64,000 nucleotides of DNA. It comes from an uncultured Methanosarcinaceae archaeon. Lineage in GTDB: Archaea; Halobacteriota; Methanosarcinia; Methanosarcinales; Methanosarcinaceae. Position numbers and translations under genes: made by a program. The stretch lies in contig CAWJYV010000007.1 of assembly GCA_963847185.1 (NCBI GenBank), positions 576,001 through 640,000 on the forward strand. The letters run 5' to 3'. The notes under the pieces were generated by a model that was not told the origin of the DNA, did no database searches, and saw only the letters and a program-made list of their open reading frames with translations. Below are positions 30,708 to 41,144 of this stretch, in pieces; the stretch's first letter is position 1, and every line of letters starts with the position of its first letter.

Positions 30708-31907
30708 ATGGAAGAAAAAATTGGATATATTGATAGTCTGAGGGGTATTGCAGCTTTAGTTGTCGTAATATGCCACTTTGTAACCAGTTTTTACCCCACT
30801 TTTTATAAGGTTAGTTTTACAGACACTTCTTTTACCAGGCTGGAATTCCTCCTGAGAGAAACACCATTAAATATTTTTTATAATGGGGGTTTTGCAGTAT
30901 ATGTGTTTTTTGTTCTCAGCGGCTATGTATTAACATATAAATATTTTCAGAAAAAGGACGATATGATAATCGTAAGTGGGGCAGTTCGCCGGTATTTCAG
31001 GCTTCTGGGACCAATTCTCATCTCAATTCTCGCATCATATCTACTATTATCTCTTGGTTTAATGTATAATAAGCAAGCTGGATCTATCATAGGTTCGGAC
31101 TGGTTCAGTAATTTTTATCCTTTCAATCCCAATCTAAAGAACGCATTATGGCAGGCTTTCCATGACATACTTTTGGTCGGCGTGTATGGAAATAGTTCTT
31201 ACAATCCTGTACTTTGGACAATGAACGTTGAGTTTATAGGAAGTTTTTTGATATTCTCCCTGGCTCTACTTATTAACAAAGTAAAAAATAGTTATCCTTT
31301 GTATCTTCTTGCCCTTTTTTTCACAATAAACACTTATTATATGTGCTTTATTTTTGGTATGTTCCTTGCAGACACTTATAATAGTGAGAAGAAGGATTCG
31401 TTTCGGATAAGTAATAAAAATGTATCTACATTTATCCTGCTCGCGGGCTTGTTTTTGGGAAGTTATATCCAAAATTCAAATAATCCGGTTTATCAAATAA
31501 TGACTCTTAATATACTGCCTGAAAATAGAAATTTCTATTGTTCAGCCGGTGCCGCCCTCCTGCTCTTAGGGCTGCTCAATCTGAAGAATCTGCAAGAAAT
31601 CCTATCTCACCGTGCACTGGTCTTTGTAGGTTCACTATCTTTTAGTTTGTATGTTGTACACTGGCTCGTTATTACAAGCTATTCAAGCTGGCAATTTATT
31701 CAATTAGCTCCTTATATGCCGTATTTTTCGGCTTTTCTTTTAACTTTTTTACTTTCGATGGTATTAATTTTCTCACTCAGTTATCTGATGTATTATTTTG
31801 TGGATTTAAACAGCATAAAATTGTCAAAGTCCTTCTATAACATGCTCAATCCTAAAGCATCAATAAGTTTGGAACACAAACTTACGAACACTGCAAAAGG
31901 GGAGTGA
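30708..31907 (+). CDS. Acyltransferase-3 family protein
   Basis: IDSLRGIAALVVVICH, AVYVFFVLSGY, RRYFRL, LWTMNVE and SFSLYVVH. Confidence 0.9.
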   Translation: MEEKIGYIDSLRGIAALVVVICHFVTSFYPTFYKVSFTDTSFTRLEFLLRETPLNIFYNGGFAVYVFFVLSGYVLTYKYFQKKDDMIIVSGAVRRYFRLLGPILISILASYLLLSLGLMYNKQAGSIIGSDWFSNFYPFNPNLKNALWQAFHDILLVGVYGNSSYNPVLWTMNVEFIGSFLIFSLALLINKVKNSYPLYLLALFFTINTYYMCFIFGMFLADTYNSEKKDSFRISNKNVSTFILLAGLFLGSYIQNSNNPVYQIMTLNILPENRNFYCSAGAALLLLGLLNLKNLQEILSHRALVFVGSLSFSLYVVHWLVITSYSSWQFIQLAPYMPYFSAFLLTFLLSMVLIFSLSYLMYYFVDLNSIKLSKSFYNMLNPKASISLEHKLTNTAKGE

Positions 31908-31989
31908 GAAATAAATTGAATGTGAGTTATACGGGCACGAAATTACTAAAGCACTCACTAACAGGGGACGTGTTTGGAATAATATTTTA

Positions 31990-32095
31990 ATTCGGAGTGC
32001 AGAGGGTCGCGAATACCCCAACCTTCATTGTCATCTTTTTTCCCTATGATTGAAATGCCGGGCAGCCTGTTTGGGGTGGGGTGGTCACACACAAT
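31990..32095 (+). mobile_element. Internally deleted copy of the IS200/IS605-like element at 15845-16105
   Basis: GGAGTGCAGAGGGTCGCGAATACCCC and GGGGTGGGGTGGTCACAC match its two ends in opposite orientation. Confidence 0.65.
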
Positions 32096-32104
32096 TTAAT
32101 CTTT

Positions 32105-32250
32105 CATATTTTTAAATCTATGCGCTTTATCCACTATAAAATTCCCAAAAGCTACAGGTTGGCCTAATACATCCATCGTGGATGTAACAATGTTATTTGA
32201 CGTGTCAATTACAGAAACGCTGTTACTGTCATGTTCGTCACATATACCCT
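32105..32250 (-). pseudogene. Fragment of a YVTN beta-propeller surface protein
   Basis: Minus strand reads RVYVTN, then after a frameshift DSNSVSVIDTSNNIVTSTMDVLGQPVAFGNFI. Confidence 0.75.
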
Positions 32251-32504
32251 ACATTCGGCAGCAAGAACATTCTAACATGTAAATATCTTTGATTGTTATT
32301 TTTTGTGAGTTTAATTAAAAATCAGTGTCATATGGGCTATATATAATCCGATTTATCATTTACCTCGTTTACTATAAATATATATTAATAATTACATAGT
32401 TAACATTCATCCGTTTTTTATTTAAATTTAATTTTGAAAGTTCTGGAAAAAACGATATCAAGATAAAAATGAATGGATTTTTTATGTCGACCTTCCGAAA
32501 GCAG

Positions 32505-33010
32505 GTCACAAACATTCAAAGGATTTTTTTGAATGCAAAATATATCGCAAAATCATATGGGGCAAGATGGGACATAGTATTTTTCTTATAGAGTTGAAGA
32601 GCAAGTATGCTCTGGAAGTTCTTGAAACAGAGAATGTGAAGTGATTGAGGCTTTAATCTGGACGCCGATTTTAACACTAATCGTTAGCAGAAGAGTTTAT
32701 TCTATTGTACGAAGCTCAACAGCTCATCCTGAAAAAATGGCTCAATATACGCAGTTGCATTGGAGTACAATTTTTGCAGATAATGCATCAGATTTGTTGA
32801 CAGTAATTCTTAATAGATGTGGAATTCAAAGAACTTTTGAAACTGTAATGAGTGTATATGAAAATCAAGCGAGTGTATATGAAAGTCAAGTATTAGATCT
32901 GTATGTAAATAGAGAAAGGTTTTGAGATGAATGGTTTGAATAGGAGATGAAGATTGAATCCAAAAAAGAGTTTGAGAAGAAGGAAATTAAGTCTTAACCG
33001 ATGACCAATG
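32505..33010 (+). mobile_element. IS4-family (ISH8-like) transposase 3' remnant with right end
   Basis: TNI...IAKSYGARWDI..F / ELKSKYAL (YREK region) broken by frameshifts; VIEALIW...LIVSRR; terminal CTTAACCGATGACCAATG. Confidence 0.75.
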
Positions 33011-33098
33011 GTAAAGTCTTTAGTTTTCAACAGGACTTATAGAAAAAGTATTTAGCGATAAATTTAAAACTCCGAATTGTTAATGTGTAGAGATCATC

Positions 33099-33800
33099 AT
33101 GCTCATAGTACTCTCATTAGGCGGGTCAATTCTCGCAAAAGACCTTGATCCGGATCGTTTTTCAAAATATGCAGAAGTCCTCCGGAGCATCTCGAAAAAA
33201 CATACACTGCTTGTTGTAACTGGAGGCGGCGAAGCGGCGCGGCATTATATCGATACTGCGCGAGCTATGGGGGCCGATGAAGTAACCTGCGACTACATAG
33301 GCATTGAGATCACTCGCCTGAACGCAAGACTGCTTATTTCAGCTCTTGGACCTGATGCCTCTCCAGAAATCCCGACAAACTATCTTGAAGCTGCAAAGGC
33401 CATGCGCCCTGGAAAGGTAGTGGTTATGGGAGGGGTCACGCCTGGTCAGACCACGGATGCTGTAGCTGCAATTCTTGCAGAATACCTGCGTGCAGACCTG
33501 CTAACAATTGCAACTTCTATAGATGGGGTTTATTCTTCAGACCCAAGCTGTGTCCCGGACGCAGTGAAGTACGAAAAAATCTCTCCTGAACGACTGATAA
33601 ACATAGTTATGGCAATTGAGATGAAAGCAGGTTCTAAATCTCCTGTAGATCCTGTAGCCGCAAAGATTATTGAACGCTGCAAGCTCGATGTCCTTGTCAT
33701 GGATGCCCGAAATCCTGCCCAGCTTGGAGAAATCCTTGATGGAGAGGCAGTTAATAAGGTTCCAGTAGCCTGTGGGACCTGGATTACAGCAAAGGAATGA
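33099..33800 (+). CDS. pyrH: UMP kinase
   Basis: SLGGS, VTGGG..AR.YI, PGQTTDAVAA, DGVY..DP and VDPVAAKII. Confidence 0.95.
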   Translation: MLIVLSLGGSILAKDLDPDRFSKYAEVLRSISKKHTLLVVTGGGEAARHYIDTARAMGADEVTCDYIGIEITRLNARLLISALGPDASPEIPTNYLEAAKAMRPGKVVVMGGVTPGQTTDAVAAILAEYLRADLLTIATSIDGVYSSDPSCVPDAVKYEKISPERLINIVMAIEMKAGSKSPVDPVAAKIIERCKLDVLVMDARNPAQLGEILDGEAVNKVPVACGTWITAKE

Positions 33801-33986
33801 TGTTTAAGCCTGAAATCCAGGTGAAAAATATAAAATGAAATCTTAAAAGTAAGAACAAACTTTAAAATCCTTAACTCCCGAAAAATGAAAACTTAAACAT
33901 AGAAGTTTCGATATACATTCATTTACAGAGAACCAGGCCTGATTGTTGGCTTTGGTTCCGTCAGTTTTCGGGAGGAGGATCTGGGC

Positions 33987-35180
33987 TTGAATCTACCAGA
34001 AAAAAAGAATCTTTTTAAACCTGCAAAGTTTATTTTCTACTCTTTACTTACGTTTTTATTCCTTATCGCCTTCTATATTCAGGTTAGTCCCGCTTTAGGG
34101 ATTATGAATGAGTCAACTCTTGAGGGAGAGCTGGAAAGGAACGTCTTTATCACCGAATTTTATTCAGATCATAATTTCTCTGATGCGACAATCCGGTTTG
34201 AAAAACCTCTTGAAAATGTCTCTTTAGTTTTTACTTTGAGTTCAGGAAATCAACTATTAAAATCTGAAACCTTCATTTTAGCTCCAGTTAAGAAAGGGCA
34301 GGAAATTACTAAAGTTCTGTTCTGGGGGCTTGCAGAAGACTACGGAGAAGACAGAAAATCTTATACAGCACAACTTTTTGTAAAGAACGGCAGCGAAACC
34401 ATTGACTCGAGAAAAGTTTCGTTCTCTTACCGAAATCCAACTCTCTCAAAGCTTAAAGTTGTGGATTTTTCCGCGGATTCAGAAAAAGCTTCTGCTTTGT
34501 TAACTCCAACAAGCCATACCGGTTTTGGAAGTGTGCAGCTGCCTGAGCCCAGTATGATAGATTTTGACCTGAAGCTTTTATCAGGTGCGGATATTCTTTA
34601 TTCCGATAAGCAGGAGAATATTCCTATTACAAACACCTATTATAATGTAACTTACTGGCCTCTCCTCCTTGAAAATGACAAAAACTACACAGCCCTCCTG
34701 AAGGTTCACTCTCATTCTCCTGATATTTCTACAGCCTATAGGTCAGATTTCAGGGCTGAGGAAAAGGTAGAGATAATTGACCGGGATATCGATGTGGATG
34801 AATACGGAGCAAGTGTCACTGTTGTTGGAAAATCTCAGGTGCCCTATGATGGAATTATAAGGGTTGTGCTGAGTCCTGCAGGGGGAAAAGCGCAGGTTTT
34901 TGAGGAAACAGCAGATATACTGGCAGCAGGAAAAGAAGATACTGTAGGGATAATCTGGCAGGGAGTTCCAAAGGGAGACTATAATGTGAAGATTTATGTG
35001 CTGAACCGGGAGGGGAAGGTTCTGGACAGCCATGAGACTGTTCTGAGGGTCTTTGAGCCCGTAGCTCAAGCAGAACCTGTCGAGAAATCCTCAACTCTTA
35101 GTTTTTTTGCAATTCTTGGAATCTTTCTGTGTGCTGGAGTTTTGTCCGGAAGAGTAAGGCAAGAGAAAAAGGGACCTTAA
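33987..35180 (+). CDS. Exported beta-rich protein with C-terminal TM anchor, upstream of the ABC exporter genes
   Basis: N-terminal signal/TM, C-terminal hydrophobic helix plus basic tail; GGAGG RBS. Confidence 0.7.
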   Translation: MNLPEKKNLFKPAKFIFYSLLTFLFLIAFYIQVSPALGIMNESTLEGELERNVFITEFYSDHNFSDATIRFEKPLENVSLVFTLSSGNQLLKSETFILAPVKKGQEITKVLFWGLAEDYGEDRKSYTAQLFVKNGSETIDSRKVSFSYRNPTLSKLKVVDFSADSEKASALLTPTSHTGFGSVQLPEPSMIDFDLKLLSGADILYSDKQENIPITNTYYNVTYWPLLLENDKNYTALLKVHSHSPDISTAYRSDFRAEEKVEIIDRDIDVDEYGASVTVVGKSQVPYDGIIRVVLSPAGGKAQVFEETADILAAGKEDTVGIIWQGVPKGDYNVKIYVLNREGKVLDSHETVLRVFEPVAQAEPVEKSSTLSFFAILGIFLCAGVLSGRVRQEKKGP

Positions 35181-35217
35181 GGTTTCAAAGCCCAAATAAT
35201 TCGAATGCGGGATCATC

Positions 35218-36333
35218 ATGTTTGACCTCATCATCCGAAATATAATGAACAGGAAAATCAGGAGCGCATTGACAGTCTGCGGAATTGCCCTTGGAATTTT
35301 TGCAGTTATCGTCATGGGTGCAATGTCTGAAAATTTCCACCAGACTTTTGAGCGCTCCATGAGTGTGACCAGTGACAAAATCAGAGTCTTTGCCGAAAGC
35401 GGAGTTTTTGGAGGGGGGCTTATGGATGATAAAGTAAGCGATGTGCTCAGAGTTGCAGGTGTGAAAGACGCTTATGGAATTTTAATGACCACTTTTGATG
35501 AAGATAAGATGGGAATGACCGGAAAACAAATCCTTGGGGTTCCTCCTGAGAAATCCAGCGTTGCTCTTTATCCCGTTGAGTTAAAAGCAGGCCGCTTCCT
35601 CAGTCCCGGGGACTCCTATCACGTAGTTGTCGGAAATAATATAAAAAGGGAATATGAACTCCAGCCAGGGAGTAAATTTGAAATCCATGACAAATACTTT
35701 ACCGTTGTAGGAGTCCTTGACTATACGGGCTCGATTTTTGACAATGCCGTAATTATCCCTCTTGATACTGCACAGGAACTGTATGGTGTGGGGGATTCCG
35801 TATCCTATATTTTTGCCGTGCCTGACGAGAGGGTAGATGCCGAAATGCTCTCAGAACGCATAGAATTAAGTGTAAAAGGCACAAGTACCCTCTCTCCTGG
35901 AGAACTTGCGGTGCAGGCAAGGCAGTCCTTTATGATCTTTAGTGTAATAACTATCAGTTCCGGCATTCTTGCAGCAATCATAGGTGGGCTCTGTGTAATG
36001 AATACTATGCTCATGTCTGTTGCCGAAAGAACCAGGGAATTTGGAATTTTAAAAGCTATTGGGGCTGAGACCAGGGATATTTTACTCCTTACGTTGGGGG
36101 AAGCCTCGTGCATGGGCTTTTTCGGCGGAATCCTTGGAATCCTTGTAGGGGTCGGGGCTGTTTATCTTATGAACTTCTGGCTTGCAAAGACAAGGATAGT
36201 ACTTTTCCTGATAACTCCCAGACTTCTTGTAATTGCCATGATTTTTGCCTTGCTAATTGGTGCCCTTTCAGGTCTTTATCCTGCATACAGGGCATCAAAA
36301 CTGAGTCCTATGGAGGCTTTGAAACATGCCTGA
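35218..36333 (+). CDS. ABC transporter permease, MacB/FtsX type
   Basis: RSALTVCGIALG, NTMLMSVAERTREFGILKAIGA and YPAYRASKLSP.EAL. Confidence 0.93.
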   Translation: MFDLIIRNIMNRKIRSALTVCGIALGIFAVIVMGAMSENFHQTFERSMSVTSDKIRVFAESGVFGGGLMDDKVSDVLRVAGVKDAYGILMTTFDEDKMGMTGKQILGVPPEKSSVALYPVELKAGRFLSPGDSYHVVVGNNIKREYELQPGSKFEIHDKYFTVVGVLDYTGSIFDNAVIIPLDTAQELYGVGDSVSYIFAVPDERVDAEMLSERIELSVKGTSTLSPGELAVQARQSFMIFSVITISSGILAAIIGGLCVMNTMLMSVAERTREFGILKAIGAETRDILLLTLGEASCMGFFGGILGILVGVGAVYLMNFWLAKTRIVLFLITPRLLVIAMIFALLIGALSGLYPAYRASKLSPMEALKHA

Positions 36334-37090
36334 ATTGGGAATTGAAGAAAAAGGGCGTGAAATTCTGAACAAGCCGAAAAAAGAGGAAAATAGCCGCAAT
36401 TGCGGGAACGCAGGGCAGCAAGTCATATTGCAGGTTGAAAATCTTTCCAAAACTTATACTCAGGGGAAAATTCCTGTCCATGCCCTTCGCTGCGCCTGCA
36501 TAACCGTAAGAAAAGGAGAACTCCTTGCCATCATGGGGCCGTCAGGCTCCGGAAAATCCACTCTCCTTGCTCTTATAGGCACGCTTGAAAAAGCGACTGA
36601 CGGGAAAATAATTCTTGACGGGACAGACCTCATATCTGTGCCTGAAAAACTGCTTCCCCGCGTGAGAAGAGAAAAAATAGGTTTTATTTTCCAGCACTAT
36701 AATCTGATCCCAACCCTTTCTGCGTTTGAGAATGTGGAGCTTTCCATGCGCTTTTCCAGGGTGCCAAAAAAAGAAAGGGAAGAAAGGGCAAGGAGTTTGC
36801 TTGAAGAATTGGGCTTGAGAGATCGTCTCTCTCATAAACCCTCAGAGTTATCTGGTGGAGAACAGCAGCGAGTTTCAATTGCCAGAGCACTTGCGAACAA
36901 ACCTGCCCTTATTCTGGCTGACGAACCTACAGGTGAGGTAGACAGTAAAACCCGGGATTCAATTATCAGGATTTTTAAAGAACTGAGCCTAAAAGGGCAA
37001 ACGATTATTGTGGTCACTCACGATCCTGAGGTTGCAAAGGAATGTTCGAGGGTGCTGAAGATAACAGATGGAATAATAAAAGATAATTAA
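36326..37090 (+). CDS. ABC transporter ATP-binding protein (LolD/MacB-like)
   Basis: GPSGSGKST, LSGGEQQR, LADEPTG and VTHD. Confidence 0.95.
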   Translation: MPELGIEEKGREILNKPKKEENSRNCGNAGQQVILQVENLSKTYTQGKIPVHALRCACITVRKGELLAIMGPSGSGKSTLLALIGTLEKATDGKIILDGTDLISVPEKLLPRVRREKIGFIFQHYNLIPTLSAFENVELSMRFSRVPKKEREERARSLLEELGLRDRLSHKPSELSGGEQQRVSIARALANKPALILADEPTGEVDSKTRDSIIRIFKELSLKGQTIIVVTHDPEVAKECSRVLKITDGIIKDN

Positions 37091-37211
37091 AGGCGCTTTT
37101 AAAACACCTGACATGAAAATGGTTAACAAAAAATGAGCAGAGTAAAAAGGATGTCATGCCAAAAGATTAAGACGAACCGAAAATTAAAGTTCTGTGTCTT
37201 CAAGTTCTGAT

Positions 37212-38135
37212 TCAGATCTCTTCAAACTTCCATCCAAGATGTTCTTTTATAACAGTATATGCCATGGCAGGGGGAATGATCCCGATATCAGTCACGATCA
37301 TGTCAATATACTCGGCAGGAGTGAAGTCAAAAGCCGGATTTCTTACCTGAACTTTAGGAAGATCTGCAAGGACAGAAAGATCAATAACTTCCTCCGCACT
37401 TCTTTCTTCAATCTCTATAGGATTTCCGACAATTGTGCTTGGGCTAAACTTGAAAGTCTCGGCAGCGACCATGAAACTTTTTCTGGCTTCATGCGCAGCA
37501 AGCGCAAGCTGGGAGGTTCCGATCTTATTTACCAGGGCGCCGTTAGCTGCTATGGCATCCGCCCCAACGATAACCTTATCCACATCTTTCATATAGTAAC
37601 GTACTGCAGAGTCAACGATAAGGGTTGTAGGAATCCCAAAATCATTAAGATGCTTGATAGTCAATAAACCCTGACATCTGGGACGACTTTCTGTAGAAAT
37701 TACTGAAATATCTTTTCCTTCTTCAAAAGCCGTAGTGATAATAGAAAGAGCGGCATGGGAATTGCAGTGAGTCATGATAACGTCTCCACTCTGAATTCTT
37801 CTTGACCCGATTTTTCCTATCTTTCCGAGGGCTTTGTCTGCTTTCTCGATAAAGAGATTCGCATTCCTGATGATTTCCCGTCTTGCTTCTTCTACATTGT
37901 TTGAAGTGTACTTAGAAGCAAGTTTTACGGCATTTGGAAGAGATACAGCTGTGGGACGGGTGCTGATGAGAAAATTAGATACTTCCCCAATGCTGGAGCT
38001 GAACTCCTCCATTGAATTAACCTCCAGCCCTGCGGCATAATCTCTAATAGCTTCGGCAGCAGCTTTTGCAATTCTGCCCGCTCCCCGGATCTCCATTGTC
38101 CTGATCTTTTCTGCTGTTTCTTGAACTTTTTTCAT
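37212..38135 (-). CDS. Ribose-1,5-bisphosphate isomerase (eIF-2B-like family)
   Basis: MEIRGAG.IA, TRPTAVSL.NA, THCNS, ESRP, GADAI, NKIGT and NPAFDFTP. Confidence 0.9.
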   Translation of the reverse strand: MKKVQETAEKIRTMEIRGAGRIAKAAAEAIRDYAAGLEVNSMEEFSSSIGEVSNFLISTRPTAVSLPNAVKLASKYTSNNVEEARREIIRNANLFIEKADKALGKIGKIGSRRIQSGDVIMTHCNSHAALSIITTAFEEGKDISVISTESRPRCQGLLTIKHLNDFGIPTTLIVDSAVRYYMKDVDKVIVGADAIAANGALVNKIGTSQLALAAHEARKSFMVAAETFKFSPSTIVGNPIEIEERSAEEVIDLSVLADLPKVQVRNPAFDFTPAEYIDMIVTDIGIIPPAMAYTVIKEHLGWKFEEI

Positions 38136-38204
38136 AATAAAAGGATAGATAGAGCTTGATTTATAACTATCTCTGACTATTTCGATATTTCCTCAAATCA
38201 TGAT

Positions 38205-38993
38205 TCAGATTTCAGTTATTTTTTCCGATAAATTCCTGTAATAAGCAAAAAGCTCCTCTCCCCACTGGAGGGCAACAGAGTCAAAGCAGAGGACATCTTC
38301 TTTATGGTCAAAGGTGCCGTCAGAAAAGGGTAAGGTAAGAGATAGAAATCTATCAGTAACTACGTGGGATAGTTCCATTTTTTTGCTGCATACGTAGAAA
38401 TTTGCATTCTTGAATTTAAGAAACTCTCTCAGTTCAGCCTCGTATTCTCCCTTTGTTCTTTCATAAACAGGGGGAGTTACTATGAGAGAAATATCCATAC
38501 CCATTTTCGCAAAATTAAGGAAAAGAGATGGATAAAGGGGATGAAAAATCGAAGCAGTTCCATTTATTCTCCTCGACTTTGTAAGATTTTCCACAAATTC
38601 TCTGTGAGGTTCAAAGAGACGTGTTCTGTCAGGAGGTTCGGAAAATTTACATTTTGACAGTTCTCCTATTCTTTTCCTCAAGAACGCCGGTATGCATTCG
38701 ACTGAATGGCTAGTCCAGTACTCATAATGGTATCCTAAGACGTTTAATATGTCAACCATTTTCTGCATTCTACCAGCTACTGATTCCCCTAGGGGGGAGA
38801 GGCTGTAAGTGTCGTCTTCCTTCAGGACAAGAAAATTTTCTTTCAGTTTTTTTAGCTGAGGAAGAATTGCTACCAGACCTGCATTTAAATGTATCTTGAT
38901 TTCTTCAGTTGTTTTTGGCCCCTCTGTTAAAAATAAAAGAATATCTTTCCTCTTTTCGGATAGGAAAATTAATTCAATAAGTGGGCTGGTCAT
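38205..38993 (-). CDS. Winged-helix transcriptional regulator, Methanosarcina DUF1724-type
   Basis: FLSEKRKDILLFL.EGPK N-terminal wHTH; C-terminal ALQWGEELF.YY. Confidence 0.85.
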   Translation of the reverse strand: MTSPLIELIFLSEKRKDILLFLTEGPKTTEEIKIHLNAGLVAILPQLKKLKENFLVLKEDDTYSLSPLGESVAGRMQKMVDILNVLGYHYEYWTSHSVECIPAFLRKRIGELSKCKFSEPPDRTRLFEPHREFVENLTKSRRINGTASIFHPLYPSLFLNFAKMGMDISLIVTPPVYERTKGEYEAELREFLKFKNANFYVCSKKMELSHVVTDRFLSLTLPFSDGTFDHKEDVLCFDSVALQWGEELFAYYRNLSEKITEI

Positions 38994-39286
38994 ATTCTGC
39001 TTTATATATACTTGTACTTAATAAATATCCCCCTTATTATAGATCTATTGGCTTAAAAGTACACTCTATACCCGGATCTATTTTATATCCCTCTCAACTA
39101 ATCTTTGTGTTTATTTAAGTGAAAATTTAATCAACGAATAAAAAATTCCAATTTCAATATGATTTCTCAGGCAAATTAACTATATTTTGATCTAACTGAA
39201 TTTTTTAATAAGAAGCAAATTTCAAATACGATGCAAATTTTGAAGTCGTACAGGTTATATACGTCCATAACATAAAAAAGAAGTCG

Positions 39287-39377
39287 ACGGTTAAGAGTTA
39301 AGGGGTTTTTCTCTTAATCGTAGGGGTTGAATCACAAAATTGGGAGCCAAATCAGAGGTGGCAAAAGGCTCCCAATT
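39287..39377. ncRNA. Candidate two-hairpin sRNA or regulatory structure
   Basis: Stems 39287-39297/39311-39321 and 39338-39348/39367-39377; TATA-like boxes and T-tracts on both strands. Confidence 0.4.
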
Positions 39378-39767
39378 CTAACAAAATTTTTTGCAAACTA
39401 TTTTTCACAAAATAAATATTATTGTATAAAGCATTTTTCTCAATATTTATTATATTATATAAGTTTATACTATTTGAATATATATACTTCATTTTATTTT
39501 TATGCTGCTTTTCTCTGAGGATTATTCAAAAATATACAATAGTCTCAAGCTTTCGATTTTCTTCTGTTCTATTAATACCTTCTGGTAAAATATGCTATAG
39601 AGTTCCAGTTTAAAAGGAAACTTCTAATGTTTTGAAATTAATCCTGTGATTAATACTTAATATATTTTTTGTAATACTATATGAATGCAAAATTTATTAA
39701 TAGCGCTTACACAATATGAAATTGTTATCTCAAAATTAACTGAATCTGACGAGATTTGAGGCAAAAG

Positions 39768-40193
39768 ATGAATGAGATCCCTGAGCAATTCCCAGAAAAA
39801 ATAGAGTTTACTCCTATAGGCTATGTGGAAAATGACTACTTCGAGCCCGGGTACAATGAAGAAATCTACCAGAAAGTTTCAAAAATTGTCTTGAATAAAG
39901 AATTGACAGATGGGTTTTATAGGATAGGTGAACTTGGAAAACTTTATATACTCTTTTACTTTAGCAGGTCTGAAGGGTATAAACTAATTCACCGTCGCCG
40001 TTACGACGGGGAGCTAGCAGGAGTTTTTGCTAGTAGGAGCCCATTCCGGCCTAACGGAATAGGACTCACTCTTGTAGAACTCCTGAAGGTAGAAGGAAAT
40101 ATACTCCATGTAAAAGGTCTTGATGCCATCAATGGTACACCTGTGCTGGATATTAAGCCTTACATGAAAGAGATTGAAGATAAGGATAAATAA
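39768..40193 (+). CDS. tsaA: tRNA t6A37 N6-methyltransferase TrmO/TsaA family
   Basis: PIGYV, GVFASRSPFRPNGIGL and GLDAINGTPVLDIKPY. Confidence 0.9.
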   Translation: MNEIPEQFPEKIEFTPIGYVENDYFEPGYNEEIYQKVSKIVLNKELTDGFYRIGELGKLYILFYFSRSEGYKLIHRRRYDGELAGVFASRSPFRPNGIGLTLVELLKVEGNILHVKGLDAINGTPVLDIKPYMKEIEDKDK

Positions 40194-40225
40194 TCAATGA
40201 TGGGTAAAAGTTCAAGATCTAAAGA

Positions 40226-40527
40226 GGCTCTTCGCTGTTTTGAGTTGGTAACTTTCATTCCTCTTCTAACTGTTAATGTATATCTTAGGACTTACGCAGT
40301 TGAACTGAAAAACAAAAATGGAAAACACTTAACTGTATAAATCAAAATTCTATCTACAAGGTTGATTGTGCTTGATTTCAGCCCTCAAGTGCGTAAGTCC
40401 TATATCTAAGATTTAGAAAGACTTTGTGTCGAAAAATAATATTCAAGTTTGATGTTTCTCTTTTTGGCCTGGCTACTTTCTAACTAAGCAATTATTTTTT
40501 TCTTTCAAGGTGAATCAGTGAAGAGCC
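40226..40527. mobile_element. MITE (TIRs GGCTCTTCGCTG / CAGTGAAGAGCC) interrupted by a nested MITE
   Basis: 12-bp TIR with 1 mismatch; homologous uninterrupted copy at 1889-2065. Confidence 0.75.
40286..40402. mobile_element. 117-bp nested MITE with 5-bp TSD
   Basis: TAGGACTTACGCAGTTGA / TCAAGTGCGTAAGTCCTA (17/18); TATCT duplicated at 40281-40285 and 40403-40407. Confidence 0.85.
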
Positions 40528-40659
40528 CTTTATTTCTTGCAGCCTCCGTAACCGATTTTTCCCTTTTTAGCAGTACTATCTTTTATTGATAAAACAATGA
40601 GAGAGATTATTTTTCTTTAAGTCATAAATTCTTAAGTCATTACCTTTATTTAAAAGTTT

Positions 40660-40791
40660 GAGCTGATCCCAAAAATCAAAAATCACCTGCCAGAATCTCG
40701 ATTTTGAAATAATTAACCGAGCTGCTAATCAAGAAAATAATTCTGAAATTGTTGTGAATTTGGGAATAAAAAGTAGTTTTGGGATAGACTC
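40660..40791. mobile_element. MITE-like element (~132 bp)
   Basis: Imperfect TIRs GAGCTGATCCCAAAA / TTTTGGGATAGACTC. Confidence 0.65.
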
Positions 40792-40895
40792 TTCATTAAA
40801 TTTCCTGGCTTTTATTTTGTGAAAAGTTGCTGAGAACAGAGAAAAAAATTAGGTTGAAATTGAAAATAAGAAAATAGTGTTCCGGAAATCCGGAA

Positions 40896-41144
40896 TCATA
40901 TAATATCTACAACACTGAACACTAGAATTGCTAAAAAACATACTAACAAAGGCATTAGTGCCATGTTAAACGAGCTGTTAAGGGAATTGTTCCATTTTTT
41001 CGATGCTGAAAGAATCTCCTTCAAAGAAAGGAGAGCTATCAGCCCTATAACTACCGCAGCCCCATATTGTGGAAGCCCGGGACTCGTAATCATTGAAATT
41101 GCACTCGAAGATATTGCACTTGATGAAATGATACTCAACAACAT
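40896..41144 (-). CDS. Small 82-aa two-TM protein with Ser-rich N-terminus (copy 1)
   Basis: One I/V difference from 45496-45744; G-rich RBS; homology ends just upstream of the ATG at 41144. Confidence 0.8.
   Translation of the reverse strand: MLLSIISSSAISSSAISMITSPGLPQYGAAVVIGLIALLSLKEILSASKKWNNSLNSSFNMALMPLLVCFLAILVFSVVDII

Noticed and set aside
32641-32925. 94-aa ORF as an independent gene
   Set aside because: C-terminal piece of the broken IS4 transposase
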